Shown here one piece after another: positions 35,201-46,400 of a stretch of DNA of 64,000 bases; within the stretch, counting starts at the first letter, position 1; every line of letters starts with the position of its first letter. The translations under genes were made by a program, and so were the position numbers. A model generated the notes under the pieces. The model made no database searches. It worked only from the letters and a program-made list of their open reading frames with translations, and was not told where the DNA came from. The DNA is from Amoebophrya sp. A120 (Eukaryota > Protista > Dinoflagellata): NCBI GenBank assembly GCA_905178155.1, contig CAJINV010000003.1, positions 4,091,253 through 4,155,252 on the forward strand, written 5' to 3'.

Positions 35201-38200
35201 GCGCCTGTTCCCGCTCCTTCGCCTCCTCATCCTCGTCCACTTTGGTCGGCGACGAAAGTTTCCAGCGCAAAGCCTCGGTTATTGCGGTCAAGTATGGCCA
35301 CGGTTCCCGCTGCTCGGTGGGAGAGAAGGGCTCGGCATCGATGTGCCGCTGCGGGTCAATTTCGGTCCGATGCGCGCGTAGCGTTTCCCGAGCCTCCGGA
35401 CTCCGAGGATCAATGTCTTTCGGGAGCTGGTGAAACTGGATCCCTGCGTCGAGCCCGGCCCGACTTTTGGCCATCATATTGCCACTTTCGTCCTCGTACA
35501 TCCAGTTGTGGTCTCGCCACCGTTGCCCCACGGGTACGGGTCTCTTCTTCGGCACGGCGTCTGCTTTCACAGACATGCGAAAGCTCTCGTCGTTTCTGTC
35601 GATCGGGAAAGTGCGCACAAATTTGGAGCGCACGTGCGTCATCTGGCCCGGGCGCGGGGCGTTCGTGAGCGCTGGCGCGCCGCCCCACTTCAGATTCGTA
35701 AATTGCTGCTGCGAAGTTGAAGGGCTGGACATTCCAGGAGAGCGCTCGCCTGGCCGCGGCGGTGGGGACCGGCTTTGCGAGTTGTCTGCCCTCCAGGACT
35801 GTTGGAGGTTCTGCTGCTGCGGTTGTCCGGCGATCGAAAGACTGCTCGGACTGGTCCCCAGCATGATGCGATTGACCGCATGATCGCGGTCTGGCGTACT
35901 CCCACCTCCCTCCGAAGAACCTCGTGCAGCGGTCCCACCACGTGGCCCAGCTGCACCTTGCGCGGCCATCAAAGACTGCGATGACAGGAAACCGCCTTGT
36001 TCGGAAGCGCCAAGCGGTGGTCCCGACCGCAGGTAGTTCGGGTTTGGACTCTCGGCGGAGCCGCTAGCACCCCGCACCATTGAAGTAGTTCCCAGAAGCG
36101 TGCCGTCGGCCGTCATGAGCGGGGCACCTGGCAGCGGGGCACGGTGTACGTTAATCATGGCGCCCATGCGCTGCGCTGACGAGAGGACCACCTCGAAGTA
36201 CCGGTTCTGATTGCCGACCTTCATGACGGACGGTGGCTGCTGGGGAAGGAGGCCGGGGCCGTGCGTCCTCATCTGCGGGTCTAGGAAAGACGTGGGCGAC
36301 GCCTCCCCTTGAGCACCACGAACTGAGGCACCCAGGGACCCAACCTTCTCCCTTGAGGACGAGGAGGACCGACTCTCGCGTCTGCTTTTGTTCGGGACAG
36401 ATCCTGAGCCGCTCGACTGGGAGTCGTGCTCCGAGTTACCATCGTTAGCGACGGCCACGGTCTGCGAAGCGCGTCGCTTTTTCTTTACCTTCGGACCGAA
36501 CCGCGTTCGCGGCTGGCCACTTGCGTAGACGTTGTTCTCTGGACTGCTTTTGCGCCGCGACGAGCCTTTTGTTCCCAGCAGGTCGTCCTGCGCTGCTCCG
36601 TCCCCGTCCAAATCTGCACCTTGGCCCTCTGGCCCGACTCCGGGGGGTAGATCTGTCTTTCGTGACCCGTCCAGATTTGCGGCCATGGCCGACTTATTTT
36701 GGATCGGTGAACCCGGGGGGCTTTGGGGCGAACTGATGTCGGAATCGATTTCCGCTTCTGCGATGCGCTGGAATTGCTGCTCCTCGCGTAATGTGCGGAT
36801 CCGCTTTCTCGTTTGCTCCACGCGCCGCAGCAACGCGGGATCGGGAATCGCGGGCTTCGCAGCTCCTCTGCTGGAAGATTGGTCACTCTCGTCCTTTGAG
36901 CCGGACGGTTCCGGGCTGGGTTCTATTTCGTCCACTCCGTCTTTGTTCATCTCCGATTTGTTGTTCATCCCAACAGATGCGGACGAGCCCTTGCTTAGAA
37001 ACCGCAGCAACTTCCGCCCCATGCCGGAAGGTTCGCCGGTGCCGGTTGCTGCGGCGACTTGTTGCAGGAGCTTCCGCGCTTCCATGATCTCTTGGCGAAT
37101 CTCCTTCTCCGTACGCAGAGACGCGGGGTGGAAGTTGTGTGCGGGGCTCCGCGGCATCGCACTGGAAGACTCCTGTTGAGGGGACCCGGGTGGAGTTCCA
37201 CCTCCCTGTTGCACGAACAAGCGACGGTCTTTCATCGCTAGCCGCAACTTGTACCATAGCCGCTGCCCCGAGCTTCGCTCGGTCGCTGCAGTTGCTGGGC
37301 CTCCCGGAGTTCCTGCATTATCGATATTATCCTCTTCCGGACCCCCTCCATCCAGAGTGCTGTCGCGGAATCGCGGTTCCCCCGCTGTGGTACTACTGCG
37401 CTTGAAGGGTGACCGCAGTACGTTCAGCCCGCGCTCTACGTATTTTTTTCGCCGCAGCATGGCGATCAGCTGTGCCACTCGCTGCTGTCTCGCGCGCCTG
37501 CAGGTGTTTATTTTCCAGTTTGCGTGGTCGCACCGTGGAGATGAAGGTATTCTTGACTTTGGTTTTCTTGCAACGTTGGTTTGTTTTTCATCATCATCAG
37601 CACAAGTTAAAGATAAAGGCAACAGTTTTTCATCTTTTCTCACTTTGATAGCAGCTCGTAGCAGATCCAGAAGTAGAACGCACAGATGCCGGCCATATGA
37701 AGAACGTTGAAGACGCTCAGGAATGGTACGAAAGTCGCTGCGCGCTGGCTGGGATCGACGATCTCGCCCCAAACATTAAAGTTCTGAAGCCCGTCCAGGC
37801 TGCCGATACTGAACCCGAAGAACACGTTGAACCAGGTCAGGGCAACCAGCAGAATGGCCACGGGAATCATACCCAAGGCGATCTCCGAGGGTACTGCACC
37901 CACTGAATCACGCAAACGCAGCCGCGATTCCAGAACCCGCTGCAGCTTGTCATGCTGCAGCTCCGCTTCGTCTAGAACCGTGTCAAAGACAGTCTGCACC
38001 TGATGTAGTCATATCGATTGCAGTCTCAGTCGGAATGAGTTCATGGTTGATAATACTCAGAAGTACGTCGACGAAGACGAGTGCAAAAAGTAGTACCTCA
38101 ACGAAGCGCTCTTGGAGGGTAGAGTTGAGCTCATGTAAAGTTTTGGCAATCAGATCGGCCCGGCCGGTATCAAATGTAAAAATGTCTGGGTCTGGAAGGT

Positions 38201-38803
38201 TGGAACTTGTGATGCTAACTTTGGACTCTAAAAAAATCTGTATTGCATGACCAGCAAGAGGAGTCTAGTTTGTGCTACACGGGGAGGGCATTTGTCATGC
38301 GGAAAAGGCATCAGGAGGCCTGCTAAAAATCTGTGATGCTAGGTCGTGCATTACAGACATCCTGGGTCATACAAAATATGCATGACAAACCCGGCAACAT
38401 TCCAGACCCAGACATTTTTGCATTTGATAGCCGGTCATGCGTGCATGCGTCTTGGCGGTGAAGTCGAACCAGTAGTGCATTTCTCCGCAGCTCTATCGCA
38501 AGAAAAAAGTGTTACAGTTACACATTGTGTTCGCGAAACAAGCAAGACAGGCAACCTTTGTCATGCCGGATATGCATAGGAGCCTCGTTTCATAGGTGTT
38601 TTCCCGTAGGATTTCTGCATTGCAAGTTTTCTCTCTCATACACGGGAAATTTGTGTTGCTGAATTAGCTACAAATGTGTAACTGTAACACTTTTTTCGTG
38701 GGATAAGCTCCGCTCGATCCCCCGCAGGGCGGCGGCTGCGTTAGCGAACGCACACAGTACGCTCGTGTACTGGTACTCATTGAAGCGGTGTTTGAACGGC
38801 ATC
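32204..38803 (-). CDS. Large hypothetical protein: N-terminal TM segments, then a long disordered region; both ends uncertain
   Basis: Frame ..LRGIERS-CGEMHYWFDFTAKTHARMTG-RADLIAK..RFVE|VQTVFD.. is continuous after removing two introners and one GT-AG intron. It continues through ORFs 37640-37999, 33960-37772 and 33162-33764 and probable small 3' exons near 32985, 32751, 32513 and 32255. Confidence 0.6.
38168..38429. mobile_element. TIR introner family 2, copy a (262 bp, TSD GCCGG)
   Basis: tatcaaatgtaaaaatgtctgggtctggaa pairs with ttccagacccagacatttttgcatttgata. GCCGG at 38163-38167 and 38430-38434. Confidence 0.95.
38494..38705. mobile_element. TIR introner family 3 (212 bp, TSD AGCTC)
   Basis: tatcgcaagaaaaaagtgttacagttacacatt pairs with aatgtgtaactgtaacacttttttcgtgggata. 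AGCTC at 38489-38493 and 38706-38710. Confidence 0.93.
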
Positions 38804-39806
38804 CTGGCGAGGGAGGGGGTTGCGGGTGAGCTGAGCGCGGAATAAAGCGTCTCAGATTATACGAGCAGCCACGAGAACGCGGTGCAAAGTCGTGTAAATT
38901 GATACAGTATCCGAAAAACAGGACGCACAGGTCGGCGCTGTGGCTGGATAGACCAAAATTTCAAAAAACGCAAGGCACAACTTATCGGGTCGGCTGGCGT
39001 CGTTCTCGTCGTGGTTTCGCTTACACTACTTGCTTCCTCCGGAATGTTGAAGCCGATTTGAGCCGAGATCTGCATTTGTCATCCTTATCTGACAAAGAAA
39101 TAGAAGGCACCCGCGGGTGTATAGGACAACCACGATAGATGAAACACATTTTAGTTTGCTTACGCCGAACTAGTAGCCGACCCCTTGGCAACGAGAAAGA
39201 CGGGTCTGCACCATAAGCACGAGCCATGTACTAGAAATCTTTTATTTCTATCGCTTGTGCTGAAAAATCATCATTATGATAAGAATCTTCAATATGTCAG
39301 GACGCGCACCGCAAGGGTAAGAAAGCTGCTGGTGTAGTCCTCGTCGGACAAACTGAAAGGAATAAAAGCCCTCGCTTGCATGGCAGTGGACACTTCAACT
39401 TCATTATTGCGACACGGCTGAGTAATATCATCTTGTCGGGAAAAATTTGGCCGACAGGCGAACACACATGCAGCTTTGGAATGTCCTCCTTCTTCTTCTT
39501 TGGAATGTCCTTCTACATTCCTCATTGGCGAAAATCTTCTGTCGTTGCGGTCAGTCGCACCCTGCTCGAAATAAAACTAGTCGCTCTGATCCTGATGGTG
39601 ATGAATGTTGTACGCTACTTACAGTTACAGATACACGTACGAATTGTTGTCGCAACCGTGAGGTGGAAACTTTCATATTTCGAATCTGGATTGAAATAGA
39701 TTGGTGGATACTTCTGAGTCGCTATTTCATCTGAAACACCGTAAATAATATACTTCTTTTTCTTTGCTATTGTAAGTCTAAGTCTTAATTTCATATTCGC
39801 TTTCGA

Positions 39807-40481
39807 TCATGCTACTCTCGCGACGAGCTGCTCAACTTCGCGCTTCATGGCATCATTCCAGCTGGCCACATCCTCCACTACTTTCTTCTTCGCTTCGATT
39901 CCCACAACGTCGGCAACACCAAGTTCCGCCTCGTACACTTTCCTGTAGTTCGTCTGTGCTTTTTCCAGTGCACCGCACACAAATCGTACTTGCGGCATCG
40001 CGGGAAAAAATGCGGCGGTGGATAGCGCTTTGGTCTGCCGTTCATCTTCCTCCAGTAAACTGATGGTGGCGTCGCCGAGCTCTCCGCCTCCAGGAAAGTC
40101 GTCGTCATCGGCTGGGTCAAGCTCCTTACTTTTGCTCGAGGACGAACCTCCGCCGGCAAGGACGGTGATTCCGCGCAACAGCGCCACGGCAAAGCTGACT
40201 CTCTCGAAACTTTGCCGCGCGCAAACACAGAAAACTAGCACTGCTTTGTTTCCGTCTGCGAAAAGGCTGCTTGTTCCGGTAGTACTGGTTATCGATGGAC
40301 TTGTTCTTGCCACGGGCGTGAGGTGCAGGACTCGTAGCTGCGATTTCACGAGCTCCATCTCGCCGAAGGCTTTCACGAGCTGCTCGCGAATACTCGCAAA
40401 AATGTCCTCCTTGCTAACCGACAGGCGCCGCACCCCGTGGAAGCTGAGCTGGACTCCGAAGTAACGCCGCTGTGGTCGCAT
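39807..40481 (-). CDS. RNase P/MRP subunit Pop5/Rpp14-family protein
   Basis: MRPQRRYFGVQL start, IREQLVKAFGE, SFERVSFAVALLRGI and VRFVCGALEK match the Pop5/Rpp14 pattern. Confidence 0.7.
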   Translation of the reverse strand: MRPQRRYFGVQLSFHGVRRLSVSKEDIFASIREQLVKAFGEMELVKSQLRVLHLTPVARTSPSITSTTGTSSLFADGNKAVLVFCVCARQSFERVSFAVALLRGITVLAGGGSSSSKSKELDPADDDDFPGGGELGDATISLLEEDERQTKALSTAAFFPAMPQVRFVCGALEKAQTNYRKVYEAELGVADVVGIEAKKKVVEDVASWNDAMKREVEQLVARVA

Positions 40482-41206
40482 TTTTTACTTCGATCCTCTG
40501 AGCGGGTAAACAGGTTCAACTCAGCGATAGGTCGCAATTATGTTTGACTAGACTACATCGATAGGAACGGGTATCGGTATGATAAATCAGGATTGCGTAA
40601 CATTGTCGCCAACTACCTGAATGTGAATGAATCTCAACAATAAAGGTCGTAAATTTCAACATTAGGATCTGATCAGCATCAGCTCGTTCTTCATAGCAGG
40701 TACCTACGTTGCTACGGCTTCACAGCTTGTGACCAAACGATTTTTGCAAGCGTTCTCGTGCTTCAAAGCGGATCTTTTTTTTGAACGTTTTACTCGGTCA
40801 CCAAGGGATCAAGCGGAAGATCGCGAAACCGTTGGTCCAAAGCATGAATCGGCTTCGGCAGTCTCTAAATGTCCATAATGTGGTAGAAGATTTCCGACAG
40901 AGTTGCGACCACTGCCATTCAGGAAATTCCATTGAATTTGCTGATCACTGGCGCAACTTCTAATTTACCGTCGATCAAGGTAGACATAGATCTAGTAGAT
41001 CTCATGTTCTATTTCAATTTCTTGGTATACGAACAAACTGAAGACCAGCACGGCCTTGCAGTTGCAGCCATATGCCACTTCTAGTTACAGCAGCGCGTCA
41101 CTGCTAGTAGAAGCAATCAAGCAACGACTTCAAAATCGCACGCGCTTGAGGAGTTCGAATATAGGAAGAGAGCTCGGCTGCAGTTCATTTGCTGGTGTGC
41201 AGATCA

Positions 41207-42633
41207 TCAGTAAGTCAGCTCGACTGCTGGTCCGTCGTCATCCACCTCATCTACTACCTTTTCCTGCCTCGTGAGCACAACCGGCGTCGCTACAACTTCC
41301 GCTGCTCGCGCAAACACGCTCTCGAGAGACGCTGATTGGTCTTCCGTCGCGGATACGTTTTCTGTGTCAGTGTCGGCGACGTCGAAGACCGGTTCGTTGT
41401 TTTGGAGATCCGTGGTCCCGTCGGGCAAATCTACATCTGCGTCCACGAGTCGGTACACGTCTCGGACCACGTCTTTGCTTTTCTTCAAGGCCTGAAGTAG
41501 TTCGTCCTGTGCGGCTATCAAATGTAAAAATGTCTGGGTCTGGAAGAATCCGAAATCAAATTTGTTCTGCTGTTTTTGCATGACACAGAATGTCTGTCAT
41601 GGAAGCCCTAGCATCACAGATCTTTAGAGGCCTTCCTGATACCTATTCCGCGTGACAAATGCCCTCCACGCGTAGCACAAACCGGACTCCTTTTGCTGGT
41701 CATGCAATACAGAATTTTTTAGAGTCCACAGTTAGCATCACAAGTTCCAACCTTCCAGACCCAGACACTTTTGCAATCCATAGCGGCATCGCGTGTGCGC
41801 TTTGAGGTCGGCGACAGCCGACTGAGCTCATCAGGTGTATGCATTGCAAAACTATCGTACTAGTAATACGTATAAATTGCATTACAAATTTTCCCAAGAA
41901 CAAAAATGCAATTTGTCATGCTGTTTCACGTAGAAAGTTGAATTTGTCTTGCATATCTGCGACTAGTACGAGTACGATACTTTTGCACAGGATAAGGTGT
42001 TGCGCCGAGCAACGTCGTCGTGCTGCCGCCGGCTTGTTCGCCAGTAGACGTGTTATTGCCACTTGTTTTCATCTGGGCTTGTATTCGGTCGTCCTGCAGC
42101 TGCGTTAGGTACGTGTTCATGCGTCCAATCTTCTCATTCAGATCCGGCAGGTGTAGCCTCTCCCCATCGAGGCTCTTCAAGTTCCGCAGATTGCTTTCGT
42201 TGAGTAGGGTCACGCGGTACTGTGGGTGCAAGCACACCGGACACTGCCGCGCATTAACATTATCGACGTCTTGGAAGGAAATGTGTTCCAGTTTGTCCTG
42301 CCCGCGCAGCCCTTCGAGGTCTGCCACTCTCGAAATTGGGTTGTTCTGCAGTCGCAAGACTCGAAGTGCACCCTGCACAGGAAGATTCTCGCATTTGCTC
42401 AGCTTGTTGGAGGAGAAATCCGCGTGCTCGAGGAACGAAAGATTCGTAAGAGACGATCCGAGCGTGGTAATCTCATTCTCAGATAGGTCGAGAAATCGGA
42501 GGTTCACCAACCGTTCCAGTACGTCGACGGGGCTGCGAATCCGCTTCTTCGATAATACCAAGCGGAACACCGTTTGCAGGTCGAATTCTCCGGTCTCACT
42601 CTTCAGCTGCTGGGCCGTCAGCACAACAGACAT
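41207..42633 (-). CDS. Leucine-rich repeat protein, LRRC61-like, two introners
   Basis: LKSETGEFDLQTV N-terminus, LRRs (LRFLDLSENEI, LRVLRLQNNPI) and LRR cap (CPVCLHPQYR..LKSLDG). Frame LGATP-DELSRL..RDAA-QDELLQ is restored by removing both elements. Confidence 0.8.
41516..41782. mobile_element. TIR introner family 2, copy b (267 bp, TSD GCGGC), inverted relative to copy a
   Basis: Same TIR as 38168. Its interior is the reverse complement of about 38200-38343. GCGGC at 41511-41515 and 41783-41787. Confidence 0.94.
41838..41994. mobile_element. TIR introner family 4, copy a (157 bp, TSD AGGTG)
   Basis: tatgcattgcaaaactatcgtact pairs with agtacgatacttttgcacaggata. AGGTG at 41833-41837 and 41995-41999. 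Confidence 0.92.
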
Positions 42634-43417
42634 GATGCCGTACTAAGTCGCTTATGTCTATGGTTTTGCAAACGTTTGTAAGTTCTGCCCTGATGTTCAT
42701 GTTCATGTTTTCATCTGTAATACATGAACTAACGCGTCTTCAGTAAAATCACTCTAGTCATTTTGCTCAAGATCATGACATGTCCGTACTGTGCGGACGC
42801 GGTGCTGTGAAGGTGTTGTGCCGAGCGCCACTCCTACTCGTGCTCTTCCTCTTCTCTTGTTGGTCCCGCGGACCTCCTGCCCTAATCAAAGGAAAAAGCG
42901 CTTCGAAAAAGTGCAGCGGGTGGACCTGTCTCGCGATTTTTCGTCGGTCTGTGCTGTCGATTGTTTGCGTTTGGTTTGGTGTCCCGTGTTCAGCGAATGA
43001 AAAAATCTGCCGGCCTTACTTGAGAGGAGGAGGAGGACTAAAGCAGCAAAGCGAACATATCAAATATTAAAGAGGCTGAGGCCCGAACAAAGCAGTGTCC
43101 GGTAGTGGTATTGTTCATCCTGCGCTGCAAAATATTGTTTCGTCCTGTATCTGAGAGGGTCGCCTCAGTGTCAATTTTCAATAAAACCGCTGCGGAGATG
43201 GAGATTATCATTTCGTTTTCCTTTTTGTTTTTTCTGCTTTCTTCGTCGATTATTTAGATTAAGATTTTACAATGCCATACGGGACGGACGACGTGCATGC
43301 GAAACAAATCAAAAAAGAAACATAGACGATTCTTCAGCATCAGTTTTTACAGAAGCAGTCCGAGTCCTTGGACTTGCAGCTCAGCTTGGGTCCGTAATCA
43401 ACCCTCGTCGTGGATTT

Positions 43418-46400
43418 CTACCATGAAGATTGGTGTAAACAACAGTATCTATAGTGAAAAAGGGACTTCAGGTTCTCAGGATCAACGTGGTAAAACAAAA
43501 AACAGTTCTCGAAAGCATAAAATTGACGTCGTGCTCGTGAGTCACGTTTTTCTTCTTGTTCCTTCGTTGGAAGCAAAAGCAAAAAAGCAGGAGAAAAAAA
43601 CCGCAAAAAACTGCTGATTGCGAAAGCGTGGGCATTTTCTGTAGTTTCATCCTGCACGACCCGTACCATTCGCAGGTGGTGATCCAGTTGCGGAAGGATG
43701 TGCGCCGCCAGCACGGAGGTCTGTCCGCAGCGCCCGACTGGTCGCGGGTTTACTGCATCTTCATTTGAAGATTTTCATAGCAGCGTACAGTTCTCCATCA
43801 GAGCTCGTGTAGCCGGTTGGCTGCTCTCCCTGCACTGAATCTGGATCTGTACCGAGGTGCTTTTTCTCCATTTGCTCCTTACTTTCCTTAGAAGGTAGGC
43901 GCTGCGCTTGCAGGGAGCTCGTGCTGAAAGCGGACTCCTTGCTGCCGTGCAGATTTCGTTGTGCCTCAAGCTCGTGTTCCTCCACAAAATAGGGGTGCTG
44001 TACCCAGTCGCGGCAGTGTTCGTTGATGAGTTTGCGAATCGCGAATTCAAGGTCCTCGTCGGTCATGTTCCAAAACCGTTTTGTCGACGGGTTGTTAGCT
44101 GTGAGATTTTTACATAATCAGTTACTTTAGGACGGCAATGGCTGCGTGAGCAGGACCACGACCAGATAGGACCGCTGTTCTCGATTGATCCAAGTCCAAT
44201 ACTTCTATTGTCGAGGTGTACTGCTCCTACTCATGTTTACGAACCACCTATTTTAGAAAAAAATCAATCGAAACACAAAGAGCACAAGGAGAAGTTTCTC
44301 TAAGAGCAGTACTCGGCTCCATTTCTGACTTCGCCTTGTCAACCTCTGACTCTTCGACGCCCATCCTTCGGAGGAAGTTGACCATCTGTGCCTGTATGCA
44401 CTGCAAAAGTATCGTACTCGTATAAATGCATTACAAATTTCCTCAGCACGGGAAATGAAATCTGTAATGCGGATTTACCTTCAGAAAAAGATTTGTAATG
44501 CATGACTGCAAAAATACGAGTGCGATACTTTTGCACAGGATAGCCTGCTCCATGTAGCAGCGTTTGACGGTCTGATATAGTTATTTTTCGTGTCATGTAA
44601 GTCCATTTCTCAATTACAATTACTTCTGCACGGGCGGCGAAATAAGTAGAGACGAGTTCTTACAGGCACACAACGGGACAAATGTGCACGCTAGCGCATG
44701 CCATAAGCCCCAATTGTTAAAACAGCTACAGACACAGTATGTATTCGCTTCGTCTCGTCACTTCCGTGTTGAAGTTGATCAAGCAAGGGCGACGGCAAAA
44801 TCGAAATGTAAATGCACAACTCATCGTCTGCAGTTGTACCTTAAACATGGCAGCGGCTGCCCGTTGATTCTGAAGCATGAGATCGATGTAGAGCTGCTGA
44901 ATGTAGTCCTTGCGGATGTGTGTCGGTACTCGGAATTGCTTCCAGTTTACGCCGCCTTTTTGTCGAGTAAAATTCAACTTTCCTTTTCAGAAATCCACCA
45001 CGACAGGTCCTCTGGAGGGCAACTACATCGTGTTTCAACAATTCGTTCATACCGTAGCAACGAACAAGCGAAAAGGCAAGATAAATACCGCCGCTCTCCA
45101 GGATTTCCATGATCGTGTCGTCTTTGCTGGCACCTATGGATTTCTTCCGCGCTTGCACCGCCTCCTTGACAACGGCCGCTCGTAGCTTGCGGAAGTGCGT
45201 TTCTAGCATGTCGTCCTCAAAGGTCGCCCACTGCGCTTCCATCTCACCGTGTCGCTTGCGCTTATTTGACAGGTAAATCTTCACTCGCACAGGAATACTA
45301 CGCAGTGTGGTAGAGAACCGCAATACCTGTTTTTCGTCATATGGGGCTACGTCCTTCTCACACAGAAAAGACGTTTACAATGCCCAGCTACAGCTACTTG
45401 AAGTCGTCGCAGCGTCTATTTCAATCTCTTTGCACGGAAAACTTTGATAATACTGCGATGCAACTAAACCATGTCAAAATTTGTGTCAGTCTTAAAGGGG
45501 CAGAGGAATCAAATTCAAATCACATCAAGCTCACCGCCCTTTTGAGTGCTGAGCTGGTCTCAACCATTCGAAAGAGCCATATAATTCGCGACACGGCTCT
45601 TCTTTTGGCTCGCTGCTTGTAGAGTCGCTGGAGCATACGAGTAGCGTAGAAAACGAGACTCCACAGCCCTTCCGTTCGTTGCGCGCGTTCGAGTTCTTGG
45701 TCGCCCGCATCGGCGGCCTCCTCGCCTTCTGCAGGAGCCGCGCCGCCTTCGCCACCGTCGCCTCCCTCAACTGCCGTTATGAGTGTACGATGCGATCAAG
45801 TCTAGCTGAAACTCGTTCCTCGGAGTGAAAAATTTGTTTCTACCAAGTGTTAGTTTACTTTGTGCGCTCTAGCTCTGTTCATTGTTAAATCTAGAGTCGA
45901 AGAAAAAAAACTTTTTGGAGGTGTACCGGAGGCTTTTTCTGCTTTTGCTTTTTTCCTTCGCTGCATCTTGAGCCGTCTAAGCTCCTTGCTGTTTCTCAAC
46001 TCGTCAATGGATGCGAGGAATTTCCACGTCGCCAGCATGACGAACCATTTCCGTTGGCTCATCAAAATTTCCTCGGCGGCTTCTCGTAATATCGCTGCTG
46101 CCGCGTCGCGCTGCGCCTTTTTGTAGGTTCGCGAGTGCAGTTTCTTGTGTTCAATCCTGTCCCGTAGTAGGTACTTTCTGCGATACCATGCCTGTACGTA
46201 CCACTCCTCCTCTTCGACTTGAAGCGGGAGCACGGACGGAACACTGCGCGATCTGGACGCGTGCCCGTAGACCGAGGCGCCGAGCTTGTTCTTTCGCAGG
46301 AAGTTCACCGAAGTTGCGCTGTCTTCGTACTGCATCTCCTTCTGCTTTCGCTTGTACGCGGCCATCAGCTGCTCCAGTGTGGGCGCACCGCCAGACATCC

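Noticed and set aside
44339-44596. ORF reading through the family 4 introner (possible exonisation)
   Set aside because: It stops shortly after the element. A different frame (RCYMEQAQMVNFLRR) gives the longer coding-like continuation.
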